64,000 bases of DNA from Fervidobacterium sp. (GCA_049970055.1 JBMFNR010000001.1:192001-256000), one strand, 5' to 3'. Positions 1-9,848 are shown, counted from the first letter of the stretch. Translations and numbers: made by a program. Notes: generated by a model from the sequence alone, not told the origin.

Positions 1-39
1 ACTTAGTTTAAGTACGTCATCGATGCTTTTTATCTCCAT
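1..39 (-). CDS. 5' end of a gene running off the window (MEIKSIDDVLKLS...), possibly exodeoxyribonuclease VII small subunit
   Basis: ATG at 39 overlaps the xseA TGA (TGATG coupling) with GGAGG upstream; identity guessed only from position after xseA. Confidence 0.4.
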   Translation of the reverse strand, partial: MEIKSIDDVLKLS

Positions 40-1547
40 CAAAATACCTCCAATCTTCCTTCCTTTTCTTCAATCAATGCTTGAGCTTTTCCGTCTGTAA
101 AATTAACTGTTATTTTATCTCCTAATGTGATGTCTTTAACGCTATTGATTAAGGTTCCATCTTTTGTAATCACTGCACCTCCAAAAGATAGTGCTGAGAG
201 TGGGCCACCGATTTTTACAAACTCCCCGTGTTTATCGTCAATGGTGCTTAGTGATTTTGAAATTTCCCTATCGAAAAGTTCTGAAACCTTGTTGTATTTA
301 TCCAACCGTTGATTCAACGTTGTGAGTTCCAATTTTAATCTGTCATTAATTATTCTATAGTTTTCAAGTGTTACTCTCGAAGATTCAAAGAAAGATTTTT
401 CAATAATTTCTGATATCCCTTTAATAAAATCTGTGGATAAAACCTTTTCATAGCTTTTCAAAGACGAGAACCTGTACAAAATGTTTGCACTATCGACGAG
501 TACATCGTAAAGAATTTTCACTTTTCCTTTCAAAAGCTGGCTTAACGTTTTGTGCGTATTCTCACCAAGTTTAGTATCAATTATATCTATGCACTTGTTC
601 ATATACTGCGAAAAATCTACAACAATTCGCTCCACTTTTTCTAAATAAGTTTTCAATTGGTTTGCTATCTCTTTTGCTACAGCTGTCGGGGTTGGAAATC
701 TTTTCCATGCAACGTAATCCGGTATAGTTTCGTCCTTTTCATGTCCAATTCCTGTGACAACGGGGATGAATTTATTCATCTTAGCTATTCTTAAAGCCAG
801 ATTGTAGTCATCGAAGTACATCAAATCACTTGGCCCACCACCGCCGCGTATAATAACCACTAGGTCATATTTTATCATATACTCTTTACAAAATAACTCT
901 ATTTTATCTAACGCATTTATGACCTCTTCCGCCGTTGCAGCTCCTTGCATTGACGATTCATATAAGTGTACAGTAGGTCTCATATTATCGGGAACAAGTA
1001 GGTTTGACAAAAAGTCGAAATATCCTTGAGCTGTTTTTGATGTTATTACTGCAATATACTTTATGGGGTCGAGCTCTTCCAAACTGTGAGTAACCTCTGT
1101 CAGTAGTCCTTCCTCTTTTAACCTCTCTTTTATCAGTTGTCTTCGTTGAAGAATATCAGATTCTCCTTGGGGAACTATCGAATCGGCCCAAAAGCTGAAT
1201 TGTGCCCTATCAATGTAAAAAGATAACTTACCTTGAAATTCCCACTTTTTGTGTTCTAAATCATACTCCGAATGCAAGTTAAGAGTTCTTAAAATCTTAT
1301 TGGTTAAATCTTTTCGTATTATAACGGTCAGTTCGCTTTTTTTGCCATCGGGTGTTTCTTGCGAAACAGTTATATACAACGAACCATTGTAAGGTTTTAC
1401 CTTAACAACGTCTGCTACAAACTTATAACGTCTTTCCAAAAGTTCCGTTTTATCTTTTATTTCCTTATTTATATGGTCTAGGAATAATCGTAACGATTCA
1501 AACCTTGGAGAATATTCTTCATATTGGTATTGCGTATTCTCCATCAT
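39..1547 (-). CDS. xseA: Exodeoxyribonuclease VII large subunit
   Basis: Motifs IAVITSKTAQGYFDF, IIRGGGG..DL..FDD, VVTGIGHEKDETIPDYVA, PTPTAVA; N-terminal OB-like region; start placed at ATG 1547 after GAGGT. Confidence 0.9.
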   Translation of the reverse strand: MMENTQYQYEEYSPRFESLRLFLDHINKEIKDKTELLERRYKFVADVVKVKPYNGSLYITVSQETPDGKKSELTVIIRKDLTNKILRTLNLHSEYDLEHKKWEFQGKLSFYIDRAQFSFWADSIVPQGESDILQRRQLIKERLKEEGLLTEVTHSLEELDPIKYIAVITSKTAQGYFDFLSNLLVPDNMRPTVHLYESSMQGAATAEEVINALDKIELFCKEYMIKYDLVVIIRGGGGPSDLMYFDDYNLALRIAKMNKFIPVVTGIGHEKDETIPDYVAWKRFPTPTAVAKEIANQLKTYLEKVERIVVDFSQYMNKCIDIIDTKLGENTHKTLSQLLKGKVKILYDVLVDSANILYRFSSLKSYEKVLSTDFIKGISEIIEKSFFESSRVTLENYRIINDRLKLELTTLNQRLDKYNKVSELFDREISKSLSTIDDKHGEFVKIGGPLSALSFGGAVITKDGTLINSVKDITLGDKITVNFTDGKAQALIEEKEGRLEVF

Positions 1548-3663
1548 TACCAACCTCTACCTCTAATTTCTTTCTACTCCCATCGGTGTATACCATTTCA
1601 AATACCCACAGCCTTTTTCTAACATCGTAGTTACTATTTTCCGTTGTTATCGTTATTTTATCTTTTTCGATCGTAACTTTTTTCAAATTGAATTTTATCT
1701 TTTTATATTCTAAGCTTACACCATCGTCTTCGTAGAGGTAAGAGATGATCTTGGATTTGCAGTCACTAAAGACAGTCCAGGTGATTTTATCAACCTTTTC
1801 CATATTCACGTACTCTATTGGATCCATCATCGGAATGGCAGTATTTACTAACTGAAATACTGGTATGTAATCGATCGGTGTATCAACTATTCTCCAACCT
1901 TTCTTGTAAATCTTTCCCTCAAAAATATTAATTGCAGTTTTTGGTAGCCATACGATCCTTTTTTTCACATTTGGCCTATCTACTGGTGCTATCATAAGCG
2001 AGTTTCCAAACATAAATTGGTCTTCTATACTGAGTGATTCTGGTTTGTGGAAATCATAAAAAACTGGTCTTGTCAAAGGTGTATCATTGAGAACTCCGAG
2101 CATATACTGTGTGTATGTGTATGGAAGTAGCTTGTATCTGAGATTTATGGTTTCTCTCAATATTGCTTCGACGCTTTCGCCAAATTGCCAAGGTTCTTGC
2201 CTTCTTGTGCCTATTGCCGAATGGTTTCTATACATTGGAGAAAATACACCAAGCTGCATAAATCTTATCAAAAGTTCAGCGTTTACATCTCCTCCAAATC
2301 CTCCGACGTCAAAACCAGAATAGAAAACCCCAACGATACTCAGCGAATTTATACGCACAATCTCTTGCCTTATGTGCTCCCACCAGCTGTGATTGTCACC
2401 CGTCCATACCCCTCCATAGCGTTGGATACCACAGTAAGCTGACCGCGTAATAAGAAAAGGTCGTTTTTTGAAATCATTTTGTATCATTTCGCTTGTCGAC
2501 CTTGTCATATTCAATCCGTAGGTATTTTTTACCTTCCAATAGGGTGTGCCATCAATATGGATTATATCATCACCGTGTCCTCTTTTACCTATTTCGCCTA
2601 TACTTCCAAGCTTTCCAGCAAGGTTTATTCCATCTTCGAGTTTGGCGTCCATCAGAATCTCTTTTGCCTCTCTTAAGTCTTTTTCCGTTGCAAATATAGC
2701 TATTTCGTTCATATCGTTCCAAAATCCATCTATTCCATCATCAAGATATTTTTTTGCAAATTTGGCCCACCATTTACGTACTTTTGCATTTCTGAAATCG
2801 GGGAATCTAACTCTTCCAGGCCAGACTGCGCCTTCAAAATCACTGCCATTTGGCGTTTTCAGGAAATATTTATCCTTACCTTCCTCGTACACTTCGTAAG
2901 ATTTCTCAACCTTTACACCAGGGTCGAGTATCGATATAACTTTGAATCCCATATTGTGTAATTTTGAAAGCATCTTTTTATATGTTGGGAAGTTTTTCTT
3001 ACTCCACGTAAAAACTTTATAATCATCCATATAGTCTATATCGAGGTATATAACATCGCAAGGTATATGGCGGTTTCTGAAATTATTTGCTATATCCATG
3101 ACTTCTTCTTGGTTAAAATAACTCCATCTAGATTGCTGATAACCGAACGCCCAGATAGGGAACGCTATGTTCTTTCCTGTTAACTTTATGTATTGTTTCA
3201 CTATATCCTTTACGCTCTTACCTGTTATTATATATTGATCGAAACCACTTCCACGAATTTTAAAGGAAATAGTTCTGTCGTTATTAGAATCAATGTCAAT
3301 TTCCATCCAACCCGGGAAATCAGTGAAGCAGCCGTATAATGTTCTCAGATCATCTGAAACAAATATAAAGAATGGGAAACTCTTGTAAAGTGGATCGGAA
3401 GACGGATGGTGTGTAAAGTTATCGGTATTCCAAAAGGTGTATTTTCTACCTTTTCGGTCAAGTGGACCTACTTTATCGCCGAAACCAAAAAAGTGTCCAT
3501 CATTGAAATACTCTCTTTTTATCGTTATGTACTCACCATCTACTTTAAAATCTATATCTTTAAAAAGGTGAGAAAAATCATCATGTTTTGCGTTTTTAAA
3601 ACGAAAATTTACAACAGATTCGCTCTCCACATCGGGCTGTCCGTACGTTAAGCGATATACCAT
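1519..3663 (-). CDS. Glycoside hydrolase family 31 alpha-glucosidase
   Basis: GH31 motifs YLDIDYM, GFWNDMNE (nucleophile), VWTGDN, GFDVGGF, YRNH. Confidence 0.92.
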   Translation of the reverse strand: MVYRLTYGQPDVESESVVNFRFKNAKHDDFSHLFKDIDFKVDGEYITIKREYFNDGHFFGFGDKVGPLDRKGRKYTFWNTDNFTHHPSSDPLYKSFPFFIFVSDDLRTLYGCFTDFPGWMEIDIDSNNDRTISFKIRGSGFDQYIITGKSVKDIVKQYIKLTGKNIAFPIWAFGYQQSRWSYFNQEEVMDIANNFRNRHIPCDVIYLDIDYMDDYKVFTWSKKNFPTYKKMLSKLHNMGFKVISILDPGVKVEKSYEVYEEGKDKYFLKTPNGSDFEGAVWPGRVRFPDFRNAKVRKWWAKFAKKYLDDGIDGFWNDMNEIAIFATEKDLREAKEILMDAKLEDGINLAGKLGSIGEIGKRGHGDDIIHIDGTPYWKVKNTYGLNMTRSTSEMIQNDFKKRPFLITRSAYCGIQRYGGVWTGDNHSWWEHIRQEIVRINSLSIVGVFYSGFDVGGFGGDVNAELLIRFMQLGVFSPMYRNHSAIGTRRQEPWQFGESVEAILRETINLRYKLLPYTYTQYMLGVLNDTPLTRPVFYDFHKPESLSIEDQFMFGNSLMIAPVDRPNVKKRIVWLPKTAINIFEGKIYKKGWRIVDTPIDYIPVFQLVNTAIPMMDPIEYVNMEKVDKITWTVFSDCKSKIISYLYEDDGVSLEYKKIKFNLKKVTIEKDKITITTENSNYDVRKRLWVFEMVYTDGSRKKLEVEVGNDGEYAIPI

Positions 3664-3689
3664 AGTGCACCTCCAAATTTATCCCAAAA

Positions 3690-4526
3690 TCATAAAATCA
3701 TATTATCTATAAGCCTTGCTTTCCCTACAAAAACAGCGAGAGCTATTATAACTCTTCTATCTATCTTTTCTAAAGGCAATAATGTTTCTTCGTCGACTAT
3801 CTCCACGTAATCGATCTTTAACAATGGATGGTTTAGCACATGGAGCATTTCTTCCTTTATCGTTTTAACATCCATTTCACCATGATCAATTAATTCCTTT
3901 GCCCTTAGAAGAGATTTATACAGCCTTGTGGCTTCCTTTCTTTCTTCCTCACTTAAATACACATTCCTTGAAGACATTGCAAGTCCATCGCTTTCTCGAA
4001 CGATCGGCATTTCAATCATTTCTACATCTAGATTCAAATTTTCTACCATTCTTCGAAGTATTCTAAATTGTTGGGCATCTTTTTGTCCAAAGTATGCTCT
4101 TGTTGGTTTCACTATATTAAATAGTTTTGTAACAACTGTGCAGACGCCTCTGAAATGTCCAGGCCTTTTTGCACCGCAAAGGTATTTTGAGAGTTCAACC
4201 TCGTCGACATAAACGGAGTAATTTTTGGGATACATCTCTTCGGTACTTGGATGGAAAACGTAATCAACCCCAATAGGTTCAAGGAGTCTTAAATCTCTTT
4301 CTAAGTCTCTTGGATATCTATTGAAATCTTCGTTTGGGCCAAATTGGGTTGGATTCACAAATATACTAACGACGACTATTTCGTTCTCTTCACGGGCTTT
4401 CCTAACAAGGCTCAAGTGTCCTTCGTGCAAGTAACCCATAGTCGGTACAAAACCGATTGTCTTACCTTTTTCCAAAGCCTCTTTTGATAACTTTTTCATT
4501 TCATTAATCGATTGGACAAGACGCAT
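3690..4526 (-). CDS. panC: Pantoate--beta-alanine ligase
   Basis: [52 protein letters not shown]. Confidence 0.97.
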   Translation of the reverse strand: MRLVQSINEMKKLSKEALEKGKTIGFVPTMGYLHEGHLSLVRKAREENEIVVVSIFVNPTQFGPNEDFNRYPRDLERDLRLLEPIGVDYVFHPSTEEMYPKNYSVYVDEVELSKYLCGAKRPGHFRGVCTVVTKLFNIVKPTRAYFGQKDAQQFRILRRMVENLNLDVEMIEMPIVRESDGLAMSSRNVYLSEEERKEATRLYKSLLRAKELIDHGEMDVKTIKEEMLHVLNHPLLKIDYVEIVDEETLLPLEKIDRRVIIALAVFVGKARLIDNMIL

Positions 4527-4560
4527 AAAGTTCCTCCTTTCTTTTCAGCCAAATTGTCAG

Positions 4561-5577
4561 TTAAATAGATCTCATGTACGTACCATCTTCTAATCTGTAA
4601 ACAAGTCCTTTGATCTCTAGTACTGTTAACATCATCAAAACTTCCGGAATAGTTTTGGAAATCCTCTGAGCTAATTCATCCACAGTTAGGTTTTGTGTAA
4701 GTGATTCAATTAGTATTTTCTCATTTTCGTTTAATTCTATCAATCTTTTGTGCTCTTTAAATCCATAATACTCTAATATTTCAGATGGATCAGTTACTAA
4801 AAACGCTCCGTTACGAATTAAGTAATTCGTGCCGGCACTTGTTGGTTTGAATATGTCACCTGGAATGGAGAATATATCTTTTCCTTGATCAATTCCAAAC
4901 TTTGCAGTTATCAATGCGCCACTATCAAGTCCCGCCTCAGTCACTAAAATACCTTTGGAAATTCCAGAAATTATCCTATTTCTTGCAACAAATGTATATT
5001 TTTGCGGTTTTTCCCAAGGTAAATATTCACTTATTACGCATCCTCTTTTTATTATCTCACTGTAAAGATTTTCATTTTGCTTTGGGTAGATAATATCCAC
5101 ACCACAACCAAGTACAGCTATTGTAGGTCGCGAGCTCTTCAAACAATTAGCATGTGCAATACTATCGACACCGTATGCCATTCCACTCACTATAACAAAA
5201 TGCTTGGATAGTTCTTGTGTAAACAATTCTGTGACGAGCTTACCATAATTGGTCATTTTTCGTGTACCAACTATGGCAAACAAATCGTACGATAAAAATT
5301 CTGAATTGCCCTTGACAAATATAAAAACCGGAGGAGCAGGAATGTTTCTAAGCGCCTCCGGGTATTCTTCATCCCAGTATGTATACAGGTTCAGATCACC
5401 TTTAGAAATCCGTACCTCGATCCTGCGTACCAATTCACCAAACGCTGGATCATTGCTATAGAAATCTAAATAATCATCGGAACCGTATGAAACGATCTCA
5501 TCTATTTCATCAAACTTTTTTTTGAAAAGATTTGATAACGCAACAACCTCAGAACGTCTGATCAACGTAACCACCAA
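4561..5577 (-). CDS. dprA: DNA-processing protein DprA
   Basis: AIVGTR, IVSGMAYGVDSIAH, RNRIISG, SGALITA; C-terminal winged-helix-like region; exact start uncertain. Confidence 0.93.
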   Translation of the reverse strand: MVVTLIRRSEVVALSNLFKKKFDEIDEIVSYGSDDYLDFYSNDPAFGELVRRIEVRISKGDLNLYTYWDEEYPEALRNIPAPPVFIFVKGNSEFLSYDLFAIVGTRKMTNYGKLVTELFTQELSKHFVIVSGMAYGVDSIAHANCLKSSRPTIAVLGCGVDIIYPKQNENLYSEIIKRGCVISEYLPWEKPQKYTFVARNRIISGISKGILVTEAGLDSGALITAKFGIDQGKDIFSIPGDIFKPTSAGTNYLIRNGAFLVTDPSEILEYYGFKEHKRLIELNENEKILIESLTQNLTVDELAQRISKTIPEVLMMLTVLEIKGLVYRLEDGTYMRSI

Positions 5578-5591
5578 TAACTTTTGTAAAT

Positions 5592-5870
5592 TTATTTCTT
5601 ATTTGCAAGAATCTCTTTAATTTTCTCTTCAACACCTGATTTTTTACCGGGTAAGCACTTATCTGGTTTATCGCCTTTGACTATTGCCTTTGCGTATCCT
5701 TCACATCCTGGATAACCGCATGCGCCACAATTTATACCTGGAAGAGCTTCGAGAATAAGTTTAACTGTCGTGTCCTCTTCAACTTTAAACTTTTCACTTG
5801 TATAAGAAAGAAAAAGCCCAAAAGCAAAACCAATACTCCCAAGAAGTATCGCAGAATAAACGACCACCAC
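5592..5870 (-). CDS. rnfB: Short RnfB-like Fe-S membrane protein (N-terminal RnfB domain only)
   Basis: N-terminal TM helix, then LPGINCGACGYPGCEGYA...CLPG; GTG at 5870 after GGAGG. Confidence 0.75.
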   Translation of the reverse strand: MVVVYSAILLGSIGFAFGLFLSYTSEKFKVEEDTTVKLILEALPGINCGACGYPGCEGYAKAIVKGDKPDKCLPGKKSGVEEKIKEILANKK

Positions 5871-6089
5871 ACCGGTCACCTCCGAAAGTAGTAAAATCAT
5901 AAATTCGCATTTTGTGTTGAAAATACTAATAGTAACGCTATGGATATTATATATCAATTTGAAAATAAATGCAAATACAAACTTTGGCTTATCTAAAAAA
6001 GCGCATCTTGGAAATATTAATTTAAGTTTATTCGTTTCAAATGTTTAACATTCAAAGGCTTGAAAATTTACAGATTGCATAGTACAAAT

Positions 6090-6180
6090 GTAGTGCAGCG
6101 ACCCCCCTATCCCCCCTTGGAAGAGTTGAAAAAACTTTTTCAAGTTACCCCCGGGTGTAAACCGGGGGATTTTTGTTTTT
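6090..6180 (+). ncRNA. Candidate C-rich small RNA with internal stem-loop and intrinsic terminator
   Basis: TTGAAA-17-TACAAA upstream (6060-6088); C-tracts at 6102-6116; 12-bp hairpin 6116-6144; GC hairpin 6148-6168 followed by T tract; no ORF. Confidence 0.45.
6148..6180 (+). terminator. Intrinsic terminator
   Basis: CCCCCGG-GTGTAAA-CCGGGGG followed by ATTTTTGTTTTT. Confidence 0.8.
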
Positions 6181-6191
6181 ATGAGATTGTG

Positions 6192-6200
6192 TGATATAAT
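6192..6200 (+). promoter_or_regulatory. Extended -10 promoter for the pelG operon
   Basis: TGATATAAT (TGn-TATAAT) about 80 nt before the pelG ATG. Confidence 0.6.
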
Positions 6201-6220
6201 TTCTAATATCAGTAAATACT

Positions 6221-6258
6221 TTAATGAACACTTTAATTATTAATGAACACTTTAATTA
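6221..6258. repeat. Perfect 19-bp tandem duplication TTAATGAACACTTTAATTA x2
   Basis: Read directly: 6221-6239 and 6240-6258 are identical. Confidence 0.95.
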
Positions 6259-6282
6259 TTTTAAGAAGGCGTGGGAGTATCC

Positions 6283-7719
6283 ATGGCTGGTATTGGGTTT
6301 GAATTAAATAAATTGCTTAAGCGAAACTCATTTTTCTCAGAAGCGTTTGCATTTTTCTACTCAGCTAACATATCCGCAGGACCGTGGATAGTCTCTTCCA
6401 CCATAATGTTTCTAATTCAAACATACATACCTCAAAAACACATACCTTTTTTGATTTCCGGTATTATTTACACATTCATATTTTCGACAATCTTATTTGG
6501 AAGTGTTTCAACATCGGTTACACGTTATCTTTCGGACCTTATATACAAAAAGCAATTTGCAGAAATATATAATTTGTACACTTCTTCGGCGGGATATGCC
6601 TTTACCTCATCAGGTATATTTTTGATATTCTTTTTTATTGTAAATAAAATAACTGAATGGCAAAAGATAATACTCTTTTCCTATTCATTAACTGCACTTT
6701 CCGTAATATGGGTACAAGTTATATTTGTCTCTGCGATAAGAAGATTCATGCCTGTGATCCTAAGTTTTTTGACAGGAGGGAGTTTAAGCTTATTTTTGAC
6801 ATTGCATCTCTATCGTACAAAAAACGAATATTACGCTTACGCTGGATACAATGTAGGGTTAATGTTTATTATGGTAATCTTACAACTTTTCATCAGAAGA
6901 TTTTTGTACACAGGAGAATTTGATGATACTGGTAAAATTAAAGACGAAAAACCATATAGCGGAAATCAAAAAAAAATTCCTCTTTTCATTACATCAGTTA
7001 AAAAGTACAAAAAGCAAGCAATATCAGGTACTTTTACATACATGGCAGCTTGGATTGACGATTTCATTGCATGGGTTTATTTTCGTTACAGTATATCAAA
7101 AGGATTTATATTTGCACCACAGTATGATATACCGATGTTCATATCTTATCTTTTCATAATCCCGACGTTATCATTGTTTGTACTCAACTTAGAAACTGAG
7201 TTTTACACCTACTACAGGATATTTTACAAATCTATAGAAGAAAATAGAACGTTACGTTTTATTGAGTTGAGTAAACAAAACCTCGATGAAAGTCTTAAAT
7301 CTTCAACGAAATTAATCGTCGCGGTTCAATTTGCATTTATGCTTGCGGGATTGATACTTTCCAAGAGTTTGGCCGAGTTACTGAGATTCAACAATTACGG
7401 ACTTATGGCTTTGAGGGTTGGAATTATAGGGGCCGCAGCCAATGGTGTTTACCTTTATATTTCCTTGATAGCACACTATTTTGATCTTCCAGATATTCCG
7501 TTAAAATCTTCTATTTTAGCATTTTCAGTAAATCTTATTATATCATCATTAACTATTCCAAAGATACCCGGTGTAGGTTTTCTCGCTGGTTTCATTATCG
7601 CAGATATTTATTCTTTTATCTCATTTAGTAAAATTTACTCTTCATTGCTTCTGTTTGAGTTCTCAAGAAATAGATTATCAATGCCGAAGAGAGAGGTAAT
7701 CGTCCATGAGAATAAGTAG
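6283..7719 (+). CDS. pelG: Pel exopolysaccharide transporter PelG
   Basis: Diagnostic N-terminus MAGIGFELxKLL...SAGPW, VTRYLSDLIY, WIDDFIAW, YDIPMFISYL..IP, ETEFY..Y..FY; many TM helices. Confidence 0.88.
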   Translation: MAGIGFELNKLLKRNSFFSEAFAFFYSANISAGPWIVSSTIMFLIQTYIPQKHIPFLISGIIYTFIFSTILFGSVSTSVTRYLSDLIYKKQFAEIYNLYTSSAGYAFTSSGIFLIFFFIVNKITEWQKIILFSYSLTALSVIWVQVIFVSAIRRFMPVILSFLTGGSLSLFLTLHLYRTKNEYYAYAGYNVGLMFIMVILQLFIRRFLYTGEFDDTGKIKDEKPYSGNQKKIPLFITSVKKYKKQAISGTFTYMAAWIDDFIAWVYFRYSISKGFIFAPQYDIPMFISYLFIIPTLSLFVLNLETEFYTYYRIFYKSIEENRTLRFIELSKQNLDESLKSSTKLIVAVQFAFMLAGLILSKSLAELLRFNNYGLMALRVGIIGAAANGVYLYISLIAHYFDLPDIPLKSSILAFSVNLIISSLTIPKIPGVGFLAGFIIADIYSFISFSKIYSSLLLFEFSRNRLSMPKREVIVHENK

Positions 7720-8947
7720 GTGGAAGAACTCTATTAAGGAATTTTTTGAATTCTTTATAACAGCCGTATCCAGTGCTCCTAAGTCAACTATTACTTGGTT
7801 GATTGAATACATCCTCGTCGTATCAATTGTATATCTCATGTTTCAATTCTCATTTATTAGACTTGACATAACTATCATTCTGTTGCTAGGTACGGTGTTT
7901 ATTTGGTCTTCACGATATGGGTTGTTCGCTTTTATTGTGACAATTTCTATCTTCGAATTGATCTTTTCTTATATTTGCAAGTCAAATTCTATTTCGTTTT
8001 CAAAGAGTCTAACAATAATATTCTCTATCGGATTTGGACTTGTAACAGGGGTTATAGGTGAGATATTAAATAAGAAAATTAGAACGACGGAAAATGAAAA
8101 CACAAAGTGCAGGATGGAAAATGTAGAACTGCGTGGTCAAATAGATAAATTGAAAACTATTATTGACCAATTAGAACTAAGAGTATATTTTGAAGGACAA
8201 GGCATGATAAACTTACTAGAAAAGTTACAAGAATTGGAGATATTAGACCTTGATGAGATGCTTACCCGATCCGTGGAGATAATTGCCGATTTCTTTGGAC
8301 TTAAAAATTTGCACCTATATAAAAATGACAATTACTTTCTTAGATACGTTGCTGGTGTTGGTCAGAAGCGACTGCCAAATTCGTTTGAGCCAAAGATTTC
8401 AAAGGTAATATCAGGCGCTATTGAAAACGGTTATGCTTCTTTGCCAGGTGTCATTCTTGAAGATAATTTGGAACAATTCGAGCCTTGGTTTGCTGTTAGT
8501 GTTGGAAAAGGTGAAAACACATTTGGAGTATTAATAGTGGACGATATTGAACCTGAAAAATTTTCTCAAACTTTGATTTTATATATGCACGCCATAGCAT
8601 CCTGGCTTGGCGCGAATATTAAGATTATTACTGAGCAGAGCCAACTTCTAGAACAAAAGTACAAAAATCCTGATGGAACGTGGAAAGAGGAGTATTACTT
8701 ACAAAAAAAGAAAGTTTTACAAAAGAGACAGGAGAGGTTTGGTACACCGTATCAAGAACTATGTATCATATATCCAAAGCATCTACACCTTTCTATCATT
8801 AAAGAGTTTAGAAATTCTGATATTTTTATGGCCAATCAGGTCAATGATCAATTTAGGTTGAATGTATTATTAGCTGTTTGTGATGAGATTGGCAAGAAAA
8901 AAATATTGGAGAGGTTGATAAGAAAATATGAAATTGAGGTATGCTGA
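7706..8947 (+). CDS. pelD: PelD-like membrane protein (TM helices, coiled coil, GAF-like region, degenerate GGDEF with RxxD)
   Basis: About 4 N-terminal TMs, coiled coil, GAF-like segment (FGVLIVDDIEPEKF), C-terminal FRNSD; overlaps the pelG stop. Confidence 0.65.
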   Translation: MRISRWKNSIKEFFEFFITAVSSAPKSTITWLIEYILVVSIVYLMFQFSFIRLDITIILLLGTVFIWSSRYGLFAFIVTISIFELIFSYICKSNSISFSKSLTIIFSIGFGLVTGVIGEILNKKIRTTENENTKCRMENVELRGQIDKLKTIIDQLELRVYFEGQGMINLLEKLQELEILDLDEMLTRSVEIIADFFGLKNLHLYKNDNYFLRYVAGVGQKRLPNSFEPKISKVISGAIENGYASLPGVILEDNLEQFEPWFAVSVGKGENTFGVLIVDDIEPEKFSQTLILYMHAIASWLGANIKIITEQSQLLEQKYKNPDGTWKEEYYLQKKKVLQKRQERFGTPYQELCIIYPKHLHLSIIKEFRNSDIFMANQVNDQFRLNVLLAVCDEIGKKKILERLIRKYEIEVC

Positions 8948-9848
8948 AAAGTATGTTAGAGCGAAGAGTTACCACATTCTAGTTAGTGCAACAATCGCTT
9001 TTTTAGTTGTCGTAAATGTTATTTGTGTAGTAGTTTATGGCTTAAGATTTCAAAATTTTATAGTTTTCGCAGTTTCTGTGATTTTGTACTATCTTGAAAG
9101 GCGAAATATTCCGGATACGTTGGTCTTCGTAATGTCTTATCCACTTTCTTGGGTTTATTTACTCCCGATAAAAAACGAAGAAATAGAGGATTTTTTCAAC
9201 ATCCCCATACCACCTGAGATCAACGTGAAAATTGACGAAAATGCGATAAATGTATTACCAATCAAAACCGTATTGGCAACTGGGAGTGTTCAAGAAAAAA
9301 AACTGATCACGAAAGATATATTTGCGCAAGTTACAAAGGGAATTAACATAGAACAAAACATGAAGTATCTTCGCCAGCTAATCCGTGACCCGCACATGGA
9401 TGTTCAGCTTTACGCTGAACAAACGCTGGAAGATATTGAAAGTTATTTTGAAAACCTAATAACTAAAATAAAAAATGAAAATACCATTTATTCATGCGTT
9501 GTTATTTATAATTACCTCCGAACTGACATTCCTCGTGGAATTGTAAAGAGTGACTTTGCTAATCTATTGCGAGAAAAAATAAAAAGGGTAAGTTCTCGAG
9601 TGCCTGCTTATTTCGAGATTATGTATTACTTGACAGGCGATATAAACTATCTTTTGGAAAGTTTCAAGAAAACAGGGAACATACAACATCTCAGATTGTA
9701 CGTATTTGAAAAGCTAAAACTCAGAGATTACAACGAAGTAAAAATACTCATTCAAACTTATTCTAAATCTCTTTTATGCAACGATACAACTTTGGAAGAT
9801 TTGGCAGTGCAAAAAGTAAATGGGAGGCACGAGCCAAATGTTAAATAA
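8928..9848 (+). CDS. pelE: PelE-like membrane protein with HEAT/TPR-like region
   Basis: N-terminal TMs; LRQLIRDPHMDVQLYAEQTL resembles the PelE L..D...DVRL.A motif; position after pelD-like gene. Confidence 0.55.
   Translation: MKLRYAEKYVRAKSYHILVSATIAFLVVVNVICVVVYGLRFQNFIVFAVSVILYYLERRNIPDTLVFVMSYPLSWVYLLPIKNEEIEDFFNIPIPPEINVKIDENAINVLPIKTVLATGSVQEKKLITKDIFAQVTKGINIEQNMKYLRQLIRDPHMDVQLYAEQTLEDIESYFENLITKIKNENTIYSCVVIYNYLRTDIPRGIVKSDFANLLREKIKRVSSRVPAYFEIMYYLTGDINYLLESFKKTGNIQHLRLYVFEKLKLRDYNEVKILIQTYSKSLLCNDTTLEDLAVQKVNGRHEPNVK

Noticed and set aside
6090..6180. c-di-GMP riboswitch upstream of pelG
   Set aside because: I could not find the class I (GGCAAA...GACGCAAAG) or class II consensus features; an Infernal search would settle it
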